DNA of 64,000 bases from Chrysomallon squamiferum (Eukaryota > Animalia > Mollusca): the NCBI GenBank assembly GCA_012295275.1, contig CM022666.1, positions 2,046,001-2,110,000 of the forward strand, given 5' to 3'. A program made the translations under genes and the position numbers. The notes under the pieces were generated by a model. It did not search any database. It saw nothing but the letters and a program-made list of their open reading frames with translations, and was not told the DNA's origin. Below, one piece after another: positions 27,488-41,991 of this stretch; position 1 is the first letter of the stretch; the number at the start of each line of letters is the position of its first letter.

Positions 27488-27702
27488 TTATGTCATTTCA
27501 CTGTCTACGTCACATCCGGTCATAGAATCACGTGAAGCTAGGAAACTTCCTAGATCTTGTAACTGTTCTAGATTGGGCAAAACCACGGCTCCCCGTCTGA
27601 CAGTTCTTGGGATGACGTCAGAGATGATGGGAATGTCGCTGCCGTGGGTGGCCCCACGCCGTCTACGACCTTTTCGCTGCCTCAAGGTCAAGAGGACGTC
27701 GT
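27488..27702 (-). CDS. Roco gene candidate terminal exon 3b (DDVLLTLRQRKGRRRRGATHGSD...DSEMT*)
   Basis: catttcccgttctag|AC GAC GTC acceptor in phase 1. GC-rich island in AT-rich flanks, open to TAA. Gives a 1029 aa protein. Confidence 0.6.
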
Positions 27703-27771
27703 CTAGAACGGGAAATGTTAATAAGTGTCAAATATGCCATTTCTTGAATTCCTGAGACATGCATATACAGT

Positions 27772-27870
<99 letters not shown>

Positions 27871-28757
27871 AAAGAAAATAATAAAATATCGATTTAGGAT
27901 ACATTTTAGAGAAATAATCGTAGAAAAAAATCAGATTCTAGAAAGATTCATAAATACTGAATTATAATTTTCTGGAAAGAATCACAAACTCAGAATTAAG
28001 AAATTATAGAAAACAGTTAAAATACTGAATATCATATTCTATAAAATAGCTATAAATACTGAAATAAGATTCTCTAGAAATTAGTTATAAATACTGAATT
28101 AAAATATTATAGAAAACAAGGATAATCTAGATAAAATATACCGAATTTAGAAACTGGTCATATACCGAATAAATATATGTTTGATTTTTAAATAAAATAC
28201 ATATAAAATAAAGGGCTTTAAAATAAGATATATATATATACAATTATAAACAGTGAATTAAAATATTCTGAAAAAACATATATTTAAAAAATAGTTAATT
28301 GACATCAAATTAACATAAAAAAAAATACAATTATAAACAGTGAAATAAAAATATTCAGAAAAAAAAAAAAATAGTTAATTGACATATTTAAAAAAAAAAA
28401 AAAAAAAACACATCTAAATCAATTGAAATAAATGTTTTGGCTTTAGACAACTATGGTAGAGTTAACAGAATACAATTAGCTGAAAGAAAGCTAACGTGAA
28501 GAAATACAAATGCTAATTATATATATATATATATGTTAATATATGGATTTTTCAACTTCATGTTACATACATAACCTATGGCAAAATAATACCAAAGCGA
28601 TGAAATTAATAAAGCAACAAGAGATTAAATACGTGAATAAAGTTAATAAGAGTGTTAAGAACAAAACAAAAATAATTCTATTAAAAACCACCACAGCTAA
28701 ATTATTCATACATTTACCTGAACTGCAGGAATGGCATGCAAACGATAGGAAAATAAC

Positions 28758-28817
<60 letters not shown>

Positions 28818-29006
28818 CGTGCATATGTTAATAATTTTCTTTAGTATATATATATGTATCTGTGTGTATGTGTGCGTGTGTCTGTGTATGTGTTTAGAAA
28901 TAACCATATATATTTATATCTATCTTGTGCTTATGTAGACATACTTACATATATACATACATATATATATATGAACATATATATAAATATAAATATATGA
29001 ACACAC

Positions 29007-29037
<31 letters not shown>

Positions 29038-29079
29038 TATTCATTAAGATTTGTCTTCCTTAGCTAAGTAAGTAAAAGG

Positions 29080-29420
29080 TGCATTCTTTACCTAAATTGG
29101 TGTACAAACTTTTCGTTTAGGTAAATGGTAGTAGGTATACTGTTAAAGCAGATAATGCAATGTGCATTCCTTAGGCATAATTATTGCAAGAAGGGCTTTC
29201 GTAATGTAGGTGAGTAATAGATGCATTCCTTAGGTAAGGCTGTGACATGAGCATTCCTTGTATAAGTTATCACACGTGCATTCCTTAAATAAGTTATGAA
29301 AAGGTTTATTCCTTAAAAGTATGAAACAAAGTGCATTCTTTAAGCAGGTTAAGCAAAAGTGCATTCGTTAGATAAATGCTTTCCATGGAGGTTTTGAGAA
29401 CCATGTTCATTCCTAAGAAA
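29080..29420. repeat. Degenerate ~30 bp minisatellite (gtgcattcctta core)
   Basis: Repeated tgcattcctt units; largely missing from the duplicate at about 21880-21940. Confidence 0.65.
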
Positions 29421-29953
29421 CAATTTGAAGATTAGATCAAAATCGTATTAGTTGTTATGAAAATAAACCAAAAACAAAAACACAAAAAAAAAAAAAAAAA
29501 AAAAAAAAAAGGTTCCCCATAAGGTAAAGCATGTGCATCAATATAATAATTATAAGAAGCGAAATAAACAATTAAATTATTTTTAAAAAAATTAAATAAT
29601 AATAATAACAATTTAAAAAGATAAAAATAATAATAATAATAAAAAAAAATTAAAAAAAATTAAAAAAAAAAATTACGAAAGTAAAAAGAAAAGTGACGAT
29701 TATAAAATACAGAAACATAGATAATAATAATAATAATAATAATAATAAGCCAGGTTAGGAAACAAAACCAGGGACGGCAGTGGTTAGTGTGTTAACCAGT
29801 TAGTATGTTAACCAGTTAGTGTGTTAACATGTCAGCTACTTACATCTACATCTTTTTTCTCGCTTGCTAATTTTGCGGCTAATCTCATTTTACGAAGGTT
29901 TTTGATTATACCTGGAACTGCAAGAAAAGTCATGTGAAGATAAAAAATTGAAA

Positions 29954-29994
<41 letters not shown>

Positions 29995-30077
29995 GGTTCA
30001 GGTCAAAATTCTGACATCCTTTGGTGTGAGAGTGTTTCACGGTAAAGGTGTAATAAAAGTAACTTCATTCCACTGTT

Positions 30078-30159
<82 letters not shown>

Positions 30160-30980
30160 ATACAAATTTATTATGAAGGGAGGTAATTATAAATTCCTTC
30201 TCGACTTGACGACCTTCACCTTATTAAACCGTTGATTTATCGTCATCGTAATTCCACACGTGAAAACAAACCGGGAAATTATTCTTAAAGGGAAACAACT
30301 GAGGAGAATTTGTTTTGTGGTGATTTTTTTTTCCCTAGATTTAAATGCTAATTGCACTAAAAAAAAATCCTTTTATTAATGTTAATTTTGTGAGAGAGAG
30401 AAAAAAAAACTAGTCTAAATTACTCAATACTAAAAGCAGCAAGTGTTTATACGGAATAAAAAAAAAAAATTAAAAATAAATTGAAGGAATCGTGACCAGA
30501 CGTATTTCCACGCTGTTCATGTCGTTGATAAAATCTATTTATTTATACTTATTCATTTATATTTTCGTTTTTTTTTATTCCCTTTTGGGGTTATTATTAT
30601 TATTTTAAAGCCACTTTAGCCAGCATAAAAAAAAAAATTAAAAAATTAATTTGAGTTATCCTTAGAGCTAAATACATTAAAAATAATTTTAATGGCTAAA
30701 CATTTAAAAGAAAATATACGCTGATATCTACCTCGAGTTTTTTATAACTAACAAAAACTAAAGAAAAAAAAAAATAATCCTAAAACAAAAATTAATCTAA
30801 TAAATTGGTTAAAAAAAAATAAATAAATAAATAAATTTAAAAAGTAAAAATTTGCTGCATCAACTAGAATGAATCGACTTCTACTTCAGTGAAACGACTT
30901 GTTAAAATTCAGTTTCCTTCTACGTTGCATCCAATAACCAAATTCTGGAATTCTTTATTATTAATTATTATTATTATTAA

Positions 30981-31034
<54 letters not shown>

Positions 31035-31123
31035 TTAAAAAATAATTTTAAAAAAATCAAAATTAAAAATTAAAAAATTCTTTCTCATCTGTTATAGAAC
31101 GTTTTGAAACAATTATAACTGAG

Positions 31124-31398
31124 TTAGGTCGAAAATAACCAACAATTTTGAAATCCGCAGATTTGGCCATCCCCTGCAACGTAGACTGGGTAAAGATCTA
31201 TGTTAATTATTCTGTCCGTGACAGGTGTAGAACAGACAAGCGCAAAAACGTGACGTCTCACGCTTTCAGAATCGTCTCCATCGTAACCGCTGACGTCAAT
31301 ACATCGAATGACGTAAATGTCCGAATCTTCTTCCTCGCTTTCGGTAATGACGTCATTAAATAAGCTAATGGTCTTAGTTGCTTGAACTAATGCCGCTG
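31124..31398 (-). CDS. Roco gene candidate terminal exon 3a (AAALVQATKTISLFNDVITESEEEDSD...WLFST*)
   Basis: ttacag|CA GCG acceptor (NAGNAG) in phase 1, open to a stop at 31124, locally higher GC. Gives a 1049 aa protein. Confidence 0.5.
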
Positions 31399-32067
31399 CT
31401 GTAATCATGAAATTCACACATTCGTTTTGATTTATAGTAATAATAATAATAATAACAAAAACAGCAACAATTATAATGATAATAACAATAGCAATTACAA
31501 TAATAACAGTAACAACAACAGTAACAATAGCAATAACAACAAAATAGTGAAGCTAATGATATCAATAAATTATATATGTCTGAAGATTGCAAAATCATTA
31601 AAAAAAAAAAAATTAAAATACTCTTTATTTTATTTTAATAATGGTGAAAAAAAGTAGATACATGGGGAAAAAAGGAAATTTTAAAGTAAATATATATTTA
31701 TTTATTCTTATTTTCTTCATCTTCTTTGTTACAATTCAAGCCACATCATTTCCAGCAAAAGAAAAAAAAAATGAAAAATACAATGTAAAATATATTTTCT
31801 TGTCAAAATGTTATCTCACTGGACTGATGTATGAATGGATGGATGGATGGACTGAGAAGTACGCAAGAACAGAACAGACGGATGCCAAAGACGGATTTGA
31901 CTCTGAGGGTTACAAACAGACAGACAGACAGACAGACAAAACAGATAAAACAGATACGCTTAGTCATACTGGCGCAACTTCGCCAAAGAAGCGATAGTTA
32001 TTCATCAAATACTTCTCACTGATGGAGTCGTGTATTACTTAAACGTATTTTTGGCTCCAGACTTTAC

Positions 32068-32235
32068 CTCGTTTTTTCTCCTTTGGGTGCACGAGCAGAG
32101 CCGTGTCCACTTCTTTGCTGCATGCGTCGCAGGTCTTCGTGGCCAGACTCTGGGTCTCTTTCGGAGTTAGCCACTCGCCCAAGAAACTCGCTTTGCTGCA
32201 CGAGGGACACTCTATCCGCCGTTCGACCCAAATAC
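32068..32235 (-). CDS. MFHAS1: Roco gene coding exon 2 (C-terminal CxxC...CxxC region)
   Basis: acacag|GT ATT TGG matches the phase-1 donor. Encodes GIWVERRIECPSCSKASFLGEWLTPKETQSLATKTCDACSKEVDTALLVHPKEKKR and ends CGA G|gtaaag (phase 1). Confidence 0.88.
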
Positions 32236-32264
32236 CTGTGTTCAAAGATACGTCATTATTTATC

Positions 32265-32585
32265 AGTATTAAATGATATTTCGTGATTATTTTTAAAAAA
32301 ATTTTTTTTTTATAGTTATTAAATAATATTTCTTTATTTATGCGTATTAAACGATACGTCGTTATTTGTTGGTATTAAATGGTATTTCGTCACTTCTACG
32401 TATTATATGATGTTTCGTTATTTATCGGAGTTAAATAGTATTTTGTTATTGATAGGTATTAAATGATATATATTATTATCGGTTTATTATTTAATGGTAA
32501 TAAATGATATTTCCTTATTTATAGATATTAAATGATATTTCGTTATTTATTAGTATTAAATGATATTTGGCTAATTATCGGTTTT
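32265..32585. repeat. Degenerate ~28 bp minisatellite in a Roco intron (gtattaaatgatatttcgt)
   Basis: About ten imperfect units. Confidence 0.7.
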
Positions 32586-33036
32586 GAAGAGGAAGCAAAG
32601 TTGAAATTATTTTGGATGTATGAGAATAAAATCGTTATTCAATAGAAGGATGCTGTTTTCGTGTGGGTTTTTTGGTGGGTATATTTATATAATTAAAAAC
32701 TTTCTATATTTGGCGTATGTATATGTATAAATATTTATTTGTTTCGGATTTTAGCACCTTTAGGATTTACCTAAATTAACTAAATACGAGTCTGTACAAT
32801 GGGAGACAACTCTTGATAATTTATCTCTCAAACAACAAGTAGTCTCCCTTTCTCTCTCTCTCTCTCTGTTTCTTCGTTCTTTTTCTTTTTCTTTTCATTC
32901 TTCGATTCTCTCTATCTTTTCTTTTCACTTTCATGCTCTCTTTATTTCTTCCTTAAATATCTTTATAACCACCATCATCATTAGTATTAGTATTAGTATT
33001 AGTATTAGTATTAGTATTAGTATTAAATATCCATAC

Positions 33037-35743
33037 CAGCATATCCTTTGAGGATTTCTTCAAATTCAAGAAGCAGTGGCAAAATGATTCCCCACATCGT
33101 GCACGCGGGGACTTGGTCTTCAGACTCGCTGTTGTCACGTGACTCGACCCGGAGAACCACGTCTCTGAAGTTGCCCTGATCTTCTTGCTTGTAACTGATA
33201 ACGAGGCGCACCGGATGTTCGTTGTGTACCGCGTGGATTCCGCCACCCCAGTGGAACACGAACTTCAGCTTGTATTTCTCCTGATTCGCCCGAACGCAGA
33301 ACAGTTCAAAGAGGCCCGGCGGAAGGTACCGAGGAAACACGAACACGGCTGCCAGCCTCGTTCTTTCTCGTAGACTTTCCCACGTCTCGATTAGTTCGGG
33401 AGGCTCCGACGTCTTTCTGAACCACGGAACCAGCAGTTTAGTGATTTTACTTTTACCTTCGCCGTCCGTCTCCACGTTCAGATTATACTGTCTGTCTCTC
33501 GTTTTTTTCGCCACCGGATAGCCAATTTCGAAAGCTTCGTGAAGCAGATGTAAAGTCTTTTGAAACGATGCATTCAGGTCGTTTGGAAAGCAGTTCGCAA
33601 TGACTCCTTTAAGAAAATCTTTGTCTATTACGCCTTCCGTTAGAACTTCGTATTTTAAGCGCTCGAACTTGGTCTGACTGAGACCCGCCATCTTGAAACG
33701 ATCTTCTTGTACGTAGTCGTACTTCTCCGAGAAGTCGTGTCGAAATATCTGCCGGAAAATGTCGAAGAGCCACGAGGGCCGGAGAAACACGAGAGTTTTC
33801 AGCTTCGGCACTTTGGAGAACCACAAAACCTTCCCCGTGTCGTGAAGGTACTGCGTGATGGAGTCTATGAGGTGTTTCATCCCAAATTTACGTGTTATCT
33901 CCGTGACGTAATCATCCCACTCCATCACTGGGACGCTCATCGAGTTTCCTTTCTCTTCTAGGTACGTCTCCACCTCAACCCAGAATATCGGAATGACTCT
34001 CATCACGTTGGGGAATATCTTCTGCTGGTTCGCCAGGTTCTCTATGGACAGCTTCAGCGTCTCGAATCCCGTGAACCTGGCTGAGCTCGTGACGATCACC
34101 TCGGTCTGAACGGTGCATTTGTCCTGGAGGAGTTTCACGTAAGACTTCAGCTGCTCAGACAGCGTCGGGGAAATTTCGGGCTTCGCTTCGATGACTTTGA
34201 TTTTCTCCTGAATCATCTTGCGTCTGTAGTCCAGGTAAGCGGTGAGCTTTTTCGGAACGTCGACGGAGATCTGCTTCAGTCTGTTGCTCGGGATCCCGTC
34301 GCTGTGGGTTCCAACCAGAAGAACGACGAGCTTGTTCGTCTTGGCGATCATCCAGTCGAACCACGTGCCCACCGTGTCGTGGAAGTTGTCGTCGGCGTAG
34401 GCCGCCATGTTGAAGGTGAGAATTGCGATGGACGGCTGCTCGAGGAAGAGGTAGTGAGGGTAGAGGTAGAACGGGTGGCCACACAGATCCCAGATGTTCA
34501 GGTGAAGAGAACGTCCGGGTCGTCCGTCCTGGACGTCGTAGTCGAAGCTGGTGTCGTAGGTCTCGATTCCGACCGAGCCCTGACCGATCTCGAACTCCTG
34601 CGACAGCCGCGGCTGCTGGTCAATCAGCGAGTGGATGAGACTCGTCTTGCCGCTCTTGCACGAACCGATCACGAGAATCTTCACGCCTTGGAACGTCTTC
34701 GCTTCGGCCTGAGACTCCTGGAAGAACGTCATTATGGACCGCAGTCCCGAACCGCAGACGTCTGCCGGGGGATACGTGAGCGGATTCTCTTCCACCAGCA
34801 TCTCCTGCTCCGTGTTCCATTCCAGCTTCCTGATCGAATTCCACGACAGCACTTTCAGCTTGTTGCTGCTCAGGTCCAGTTTCTTCGACATGAGCATGAG
34901 GTGGCCGGGGAACTTGGTCATGCTGTTCTCGGACAGGTCTATGCTGGACACCCAGTGTTTGCTCTGCACGTTGACGTTGAAGGTCGGCACTTTGGTGATG
35001 AGGTTGTAGCTGGCGTTAAACGAGTCGAGCTTCGGAAGGAGGAACACGTCGATGGGCAGCACGGTGATTTTGTTGTTTGAGATGTCGAGGTCCTGTAAGT
35101 TCTTCAGCTGTCGGATCTCGGGAGAGATCTCTCGTATGTTGTTGTTCTTGCACCGCAGAATCTCCAGCTTGGTCATGTGCGACACGTCCTTGAAGACCGT
35201 GCCGAGGTTGTTCTCGTCGAGGACCAGGATCTGGATCTTCCTCAGCTTCTCGACGCCTTTCAGACTCTCCAGCCCGTTGCTGCTGAAGTCCAGACGCATC
35301 AGTTTTCTCAGCCTGCGGAGGAAGTGCGGGACGATCGTCAGGGCGTTGTTGTTGAGCTTCACCTCGACGAGGTTCTCCAGTCCCTTCACCGACTCCGGGA
35401 ACGACTGGTCGCTGAGGTGGTTGAAGCCGAGGTCGAGCTTCTCCAGATGGGACAGGTTGAATAGCAGACCGTCGGGAATGGACTTGAGTCTCAGGTCGCA
35501 TATGAGCAGCCTCTTCAGGGTGTCCGCCAGCTGCTGCACGTTCTGGATCGTTTCGCTGCTGGTGTCCATCAGACGCACGGACACGGCTTTCTCCGGCTGC
35601 GCGGACGGCAGCCTCACCGGATGTAGGTGGCGCGCTTCGTAAAAGGCCACGTGCGTCATGGGAGTCTTGCCGTACGGACCCGTGTAGTTGTTGACGTGCT
35701 CGCGAGCTGTAGGTTTTGCTGTCGCCATTTTACCCGTAGGCAT
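33037..35743 (-). CDS. MFHAS1: Roco protein (LRR-Roc-COR, no kinase), MFHAS1/MASL1-like; large first coding exon
   Basis: 906-codon GC-rich ORF with an LRR array (LxxLxLxxN), P-loop GSCKSGKTS, G3 WDLCG, G4-like GTHSD and COR motifs (YLHDTGKVLWF, VFLRPSWLFD). Acceptor ttttcag lies 5' of 35798. Donor GCT G|gtatgg at 33037/33036 (phase 1), so the ORF tail 'MDI' is intronic. The symbol reflects domain architecture only; orthology is not demonstrated. Confidence 0.93.
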
Positions 35744-35858
35744 TTTACATTAGATGGGTGACGAGCCCGACCTTAGTGTTCTGTTGGCGTATAGTTCTCT
35801 GAAAAATAAAATAAAATAAATATAGTATATGTACAGACAGACAGACAGACAGACAGAC

Positions 35859-35898
<40 letters not shown>

Positions 35899-35905
35899 TG
35901 ATATT

Positions 35906-35971
<66 letters not shown>

Positions 35972-36818
35972 TAGATATATATAGATATATATTATAATAA
36001 TAATAGCAAATATAAGATAAGATAAGATAATGTAATGTCATATAAGGTAATGAATATGGTAGAATACAACATATTATAATATAAAATATAACATGGTATG
36101 GTGTGGCATCGAACAGCATAATAGAGACTGATATAATACATATAATATAATATATAATATAATATAATATAATATAACATAACATAATATAGTATAATAT
36201 AATATATTATAACTCAGTATAATAATATAATGTAATACAATATATAATATAATATAACATAATATAATATAATATAACATAATATAATATAATAATAATA
36301 ATAATAATAATAATATAATATAATATAATATAACATAATACAATACAATATATAGTATAATAAAAAAAAAATATAATTCATAATAAATAGACAGATAAAG
36401 ATAAAACACAGATAACAAGTCTGGAACACAAACAACCTGACAGGATACCAAAGAGACTGACAGAGAAACCGTGAGAAGAGAATCCAGTTTCCAGACTGCA
36501 ACAATAAACAATTAATTAAAATTATTATTAATAAAAATTATCCATAAGACTTTCCTTCCATCGAGCTTACAGCAAGAATGGGTCAAAATTTTACGTAACA
36601 CCTTCCATTTACTTTGCAACGATTGGTCAAATAACATTACCACAGCGACATCTAGATCCGGTCGGCACGAGTTAACCCGAGTTAAAGCGGATTTCTCCGA
36701 AACCAAAAAAAAAAAACGATTAAGTTACGTCCCTTTGTGAAAACATCATACACTTCAGTAAATCACTTACGCAAAGTTTATACTTAAGATAAATCGCAGC
36801 AAGTGGATAGGTACGTTT

Positions 36819-36852
<34 letters not shown>

Positions 36853-37021
36853 CTAACTTTGATGTCAGCTAAGTGGATTTAATTTAACTGGCTTTTGTGA
36901 CTTATGGAAATATCAAGTGTTACACAAAACACCTTTGAAGCTTTATCGAGCGAGCCTAATTTGAGGTCGTTTACGAGTTATTACAAATCCCTTTAAGCTT
37001 TATTTTATTTAATTTTTTTTT

Positions 37022-37140
37022 TGTTACTTCGCTCTTTCCATTTCATTCCACTGTTGTTGTGTTTTTATTTTAAAAAATAAATAATAAAATAAAATATTAT
37101 GACCATCGATGTCAACAAAAGAAGAATATTATTATCATCA
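37022..37140 (-). pseudogene. Relic of small-gene exon 2 plus adjacent intron, upstream of the Roco coding start
   Basis: caacag|TGG AAT GAA ATG GAA AGA GCG AAG TAA (WNEMERAK*), flanked by the intron motif ttatgaccatc..tg.caacaaaa seen at about 5087-5110. Confidence 0.55.
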
Positions 37141-37257
37141 TTATCATCTTCATTATTATTACTGTTATTGTTGTTGTTATGGTTGCTATTGTTGTTGTTT
37201 TTGTTGTTGTTCTTTTTCTTCTTCTTCTTATTCTTATTCGTATTATTATTATTATGA

Positions 37258-37308
<51 letters not shown>

Positions 37309-37625
37309 TCAATCTATTTATTATTATTTTATTTATTTATTTATTTTATTTATTTTTTTTTTTTTTTTTTTTTTTTGAAAGAGTCATTTATTACATAGAC
37401 ATAAACTTTATATTAATTATACAACATGTTGTATTCGATTAGACTATTAAAATAAATAAAAACAATAAGCAGAAAAAATGTGTATTAATAATAATAATTA
37501 AAAAGGATGAATAAGGCAGAGAAGAAGAGAAATAGACAGACAGACAGAGAAAAACAGATTGTGTACCTATTTGTGTAGGTGCACAATCTTTCTATTTTTA
37601 ACTCCTCTCATACATACATAGGTAC

Positions 37626-37703
<78 letters not shown>

Positions 37704-37716
37704 CATGCATATATAT

Positions 37717-37748
<32 letters not shown>

Positions 37749-38427
37749 GTGTGTCAATATATACATACATACAAACATACATACATACAAATGAAAATAA
37801 AATATTAGTATTAATTTTTACTATTATTTACAATAAATCTTGAAAAAGCAAATTAGAAAAAACTCCGCTGAAGTAACACACGCACACACGCACACACGCA
37901 AATATACTCACACACTCATGCATACACATACACGCACTCCCACATACCTTACATACATACACATACAAACATACAAAGATATACACCCAACAATACATAC
38001 ATACAGAGATATACACACAAAACAATACGTACACACATATGTATCTCACCCATTCACTCAACCATTTCAATTTTCCTATCAACAAACTATTTATTCCCGT
38101 CTGCCATTATTATTATTATTATTTGTAGTATTATTATTATTATTATTATTCCAACAGTCACAGTCGAACACAATGTCGCTGCAGTCATCAACCTTGACGT
38201 CGACATTGTTTGTGTAGGATTATCTTTCATTTTTAAACGTCATTGCTAATTCTATACACTGTTGTTGTGTTTTTTTTTCTTTCTTTCTTTCTTTTTTAAA
38301 CGTCATTGCTAATTCTATACACTGTTGTTGTGTATTTTTTTTTTTCTTTCTTTCTTTCTTTCTTTTTTTACAGTACTTGCTAGGTCTGCCATTCTTGTTT
38401 CAGTCGAAGGCACATAAAAGTGTACTT

Positions 38428-38463
<36 letters not shown>

Positions 38464-38608
38464 TATCACGTCTTTACAGTTCCCGGCTTCGGTCGTGTTT
38501 TGATTTATGGGGTGAGCAAACAAATGGAGCATAATACATTCTTATTAATCACCCTCGTAAATGACAAGTACATAGCTCTGATCGAGTTAAACGTTTGTAG
38601 TTTGTACA

Positions 38609-38846
38609 CGAGGTTCAAGTACGGTTGCGGTGTGCTGCAGAAGAAAGTATTTTAATAAATATGCTCGTTTTGTCAGTGATTTTCCTAAATGACATGCGAA
38701 TTGTATTAATTTTAGGTTGCATGAGGTTCAAGTACGGTTGCGGTGTACTGCAGAAAATATTTTAATAAATATGCTCGTTTTGAAAGTGATTTTCCTAAAT
38801 GACATGCGAATTGTATTAATTTTTGGTTACATGAGGTTCAAGTACG
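38609..38846. repeat. Tandem repeat, ~110 bp unit, about 2.2 copies
   Basis: gaggttcaagtacg recurs at about 38610, 38723 and 38833. Confidence 0.85.
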
Positions 38847-39885
38847 CCAGTCCAGTGTCGTATGAAGATAAAATTACTTTTTAACTAACCACATTAAATT
38901 TACCTTTTTAAAAGTTTTAAAATGACAAAGTGGTGCCCATTTATCCCGTCTGTGTTGTGAGTCCTGTATGAAGGTAACTTATTAACCAGCTTTAAGTTTA
39001 CTTTTTTTTAAATGTTTTCTACATAGCAGAGACCATATTAATTTTGTTGTGGTTTTTTTTTAGTTCTGTATTTATGAAATGCTGTCTAGTTGAATCACAT
39101 TAGCATGTTTTAATAAGATAACAGGTTTGTTTTGCATGAGTATGTCAATACAAAATAATTATAAAGAAAAAGATTATTATATATATATATTTGTTTGTAT
39201 GATTTCGTTTGTTTTTTGTTTTTGTTATTGTTGTTCGTTTTTATTTGTTTTTTTATTGTTTCTTTGTTTTGGGGTTTTTTTTTGTTATTTTGTTTTGTCT
39301 GCTACTTTTCTCTTTTCATTTCTAATTTTTGAATTAAGCTAATCCGAGTTTCCTTCCAGTTTAAAAAGAAATTATAATGAAAAAAAAAAAAAAAAAATCA
39401 ATAAATCAAGGGAGGTAATTAGGCGGAAACCATTAATCGGCTTTTCAGTGGCAGACGTCATTGTTGTCGCGCGTGTTCGAGTGCAATGAAGCATGAAAGC
39501 CAATAAAGAGAGTTAGTCGTCACTTGAATACTAGGAAGTTGCATTACGTCACGACTTACGTAGAACCTGAACGCTCGTACTTTTTCAAAGGTACTTTTCA
39601 AAGATTTGGATTTACGTTTTATTAAGATAATAAAGATACGTCGGTTAATGCCCCTCAAAGATAATCCGCCCCTGCAGTAATCCGTTTAAATCCGAGCTGA
39701 TTGAATTAACATTGTTTTCGGTTACGTTTTATATTTGTTTTATTTATTTAATTATTTTATTTTTATTTATTTTTTTTTTTTTTTTTTTCTTGTTGCCTTT
39801 CTATAAAATATATTTTAATATGCCTGTAGATAGAAGTGTAAATTGTATATCTCGGTGCCAGCATGTAGACAGACAGAAATACAGA

Positions 39886-39933
<48 letters not shown>

Positions 39934-40065
39934 TACATACATATTTATATACTTATATACATACATACATACATACAAATATATATATAAATATATATAT
40001 ATATACAAACACACACACATAGATACATACACACACATACATACATACCTATATACACACATACA

Positions 40066-40105
<40 letters not shown>

Positions 40106-40127
40106 CATACACACATACATACATACA

Positions 40128-40159
<32 letters not shown>

Positions 40160-40988
40160 ATACACACACAGACACACACACCCATATATACACAGACTCA
40201 CATATAACTCCTAAAAAAATAATAATAATAATAATAAAAAGGACAAAATACAAAATGTGTACGAGAATAAAACGTAAAACGCGCGTTTAAAAAAAAAACT
40301 TAATAAAGGCTCGGAAATCATCGACTTCTCTCTCTCTTAGCTTTGCTTCTGACATAACCAGCATTATTTTCAACATGTTAACAATACAGAAATTAATCAG
40401 AACTGCGTATTTGCACAATACTTCATCCCAGACTTCATAAATCTTAAATTATTACTTACACCGTCCGTCGTCACATGACGTAATAAAAAAAAAAAACCAG
40501 CGCGAACTGTCGGCTGACATTTTTATACGTTATTAACAACGAATTTCAGATTACAGTTGATATATAACCAGCAGGCTTATCTCTTAAAAAAAAAAACGAT
40601 AAGACTTCGGTCTCAGTCAATCAATCAACCTTTTAAAGCGTGTTTATAACCAGTGGATATTGCTGCACGCCTGTCGTGGGTTCCTGCATAGAGAGACGCG
40701 TGGCTTGTCTGAACAAAGACAATTACAGACAAGACAGGGTGTTTTTATCTTACGTCACAGCATTGATTCGAAAGATAGCGCGGTTACCGTGAACCGTACT
40801 CGGCACCTACCACCCTTGGCGTACACGGCTTAGCCAGTTCGTAAAGTTCAAAGTAAACTAAAATGTATTTGATATCTCGTAATATTTTAATTTTGTGGTT
40901 ATAAGGAATCAGACAAATGTTGTTGTTTTTTTTTTTATTTATTCATTTATTCATTAATTTTCATTTATTTATTCATTCATTCATTCAT

Positions 40989-41023
<35 letters not shown>

Positions 41024-41267
41024 TTCATTCATTCATTCATTTATTTATTTATTTATTTATTTATTTATTTTATTTATTATTATTATCATCATCATCATCA
41101 TCATCATTATTATTATAGACTGTGAGAGAACAGAACTAATTTCGATAGCTATAAAAAAATATATATTTCTGTTATTATGGTACACCCTACAGTTAAGCCT
41201 AATAATGACATAATTTATAACCTGCTATGAACGGTAGTTTAGTAATAAATTAATATATATATATATA

Positions 41268-41991
41268 CACTATTCCCTCGCTATTCGCGGGGGTTACGTT
41301 CTTTACCCCCCCGCGAATAGCGAAAAACCGCGAATATTGGATGCAGTTTTAAAACGTCTATTATGAAATTATATACGGTACTAAATGCTTCCCAAACACT
41401 TTCTAAAGACACTCTTACTCATTAATACAGTAATAATGTAGTAATATTGCATGCAGTTATGTATTTCACTAATGTAGTAATGATAATGTAAACGCATTTT
41501 AATTTTGTACTGAAACAATATTTTAATCAGAAAGAAACGTAAGTGCAGGAGGACAGTAACACCGCATAGCATAGTTACCCATACAGTATTACTGTACCGT
41601 AAAGTCATTTTCTATGCGTACAACATATGTATTAGAATTGACAGAAAGTGGAACAAATTTAAAGGCAAACAGACAGATAAATACAGTACGCACAGTTCAG
41701 GTAATAATAATACAATTCAGTAATAATATGCAATTAAAAACATTATTAATACACGGTCACAAAAAATATGCACTGTACATACAGTGTATGCATTTATAAA
41801 AAAAATACGTACTGTATTGCAATAATAATTGAAAAAATTTGATATTGTTTGTGCGGTTTACCGAGCATTTGTTTTTATGACGTTATGACGCTCGCCTGGT
41901 ATACCAGCATACGATGCGATAGGGTTAAGAGCCTAACCCGCGAATATGTGGGGCCGCGAATGGGGAACCGCGAACAGGTGAGGGTATACTG
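41268..41991. mobile_element. Non-autonomous pogo/Tigger-like MITE
   Basis: TIRs cactattccctcgctattcgcgg and ccgcgaacaggtgagggtatactg, TA on both sides, subterminal ccgcgaat repeats. Confidence 0.8.

Noticed and set aside
29080-29420. CRISPR-like spacing of gtgcattcctt repeats (also 38609-38846)
   Set aside because: Eukaryotic context, degenerate units, related inter-repeat sequence and no cas genes. These are ordinary minisatellites.
33185-35642. Plus-strand and alternate-frame ORFs overlapping the Roco exon (e.g. 34304-35080, 35052-35642)
   Set aside because: Shadow ORFs caused by GC-rich codon usage of the real gene.
33037-35743. Horizontal transfer or retrogene origin suggested by the long GC-rich exon
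   Set aside because: A large first coding exon is normal for MFHAS1-type genes, the gene has introns, and the glycosyltransferase exon shows a similar GC contrast.
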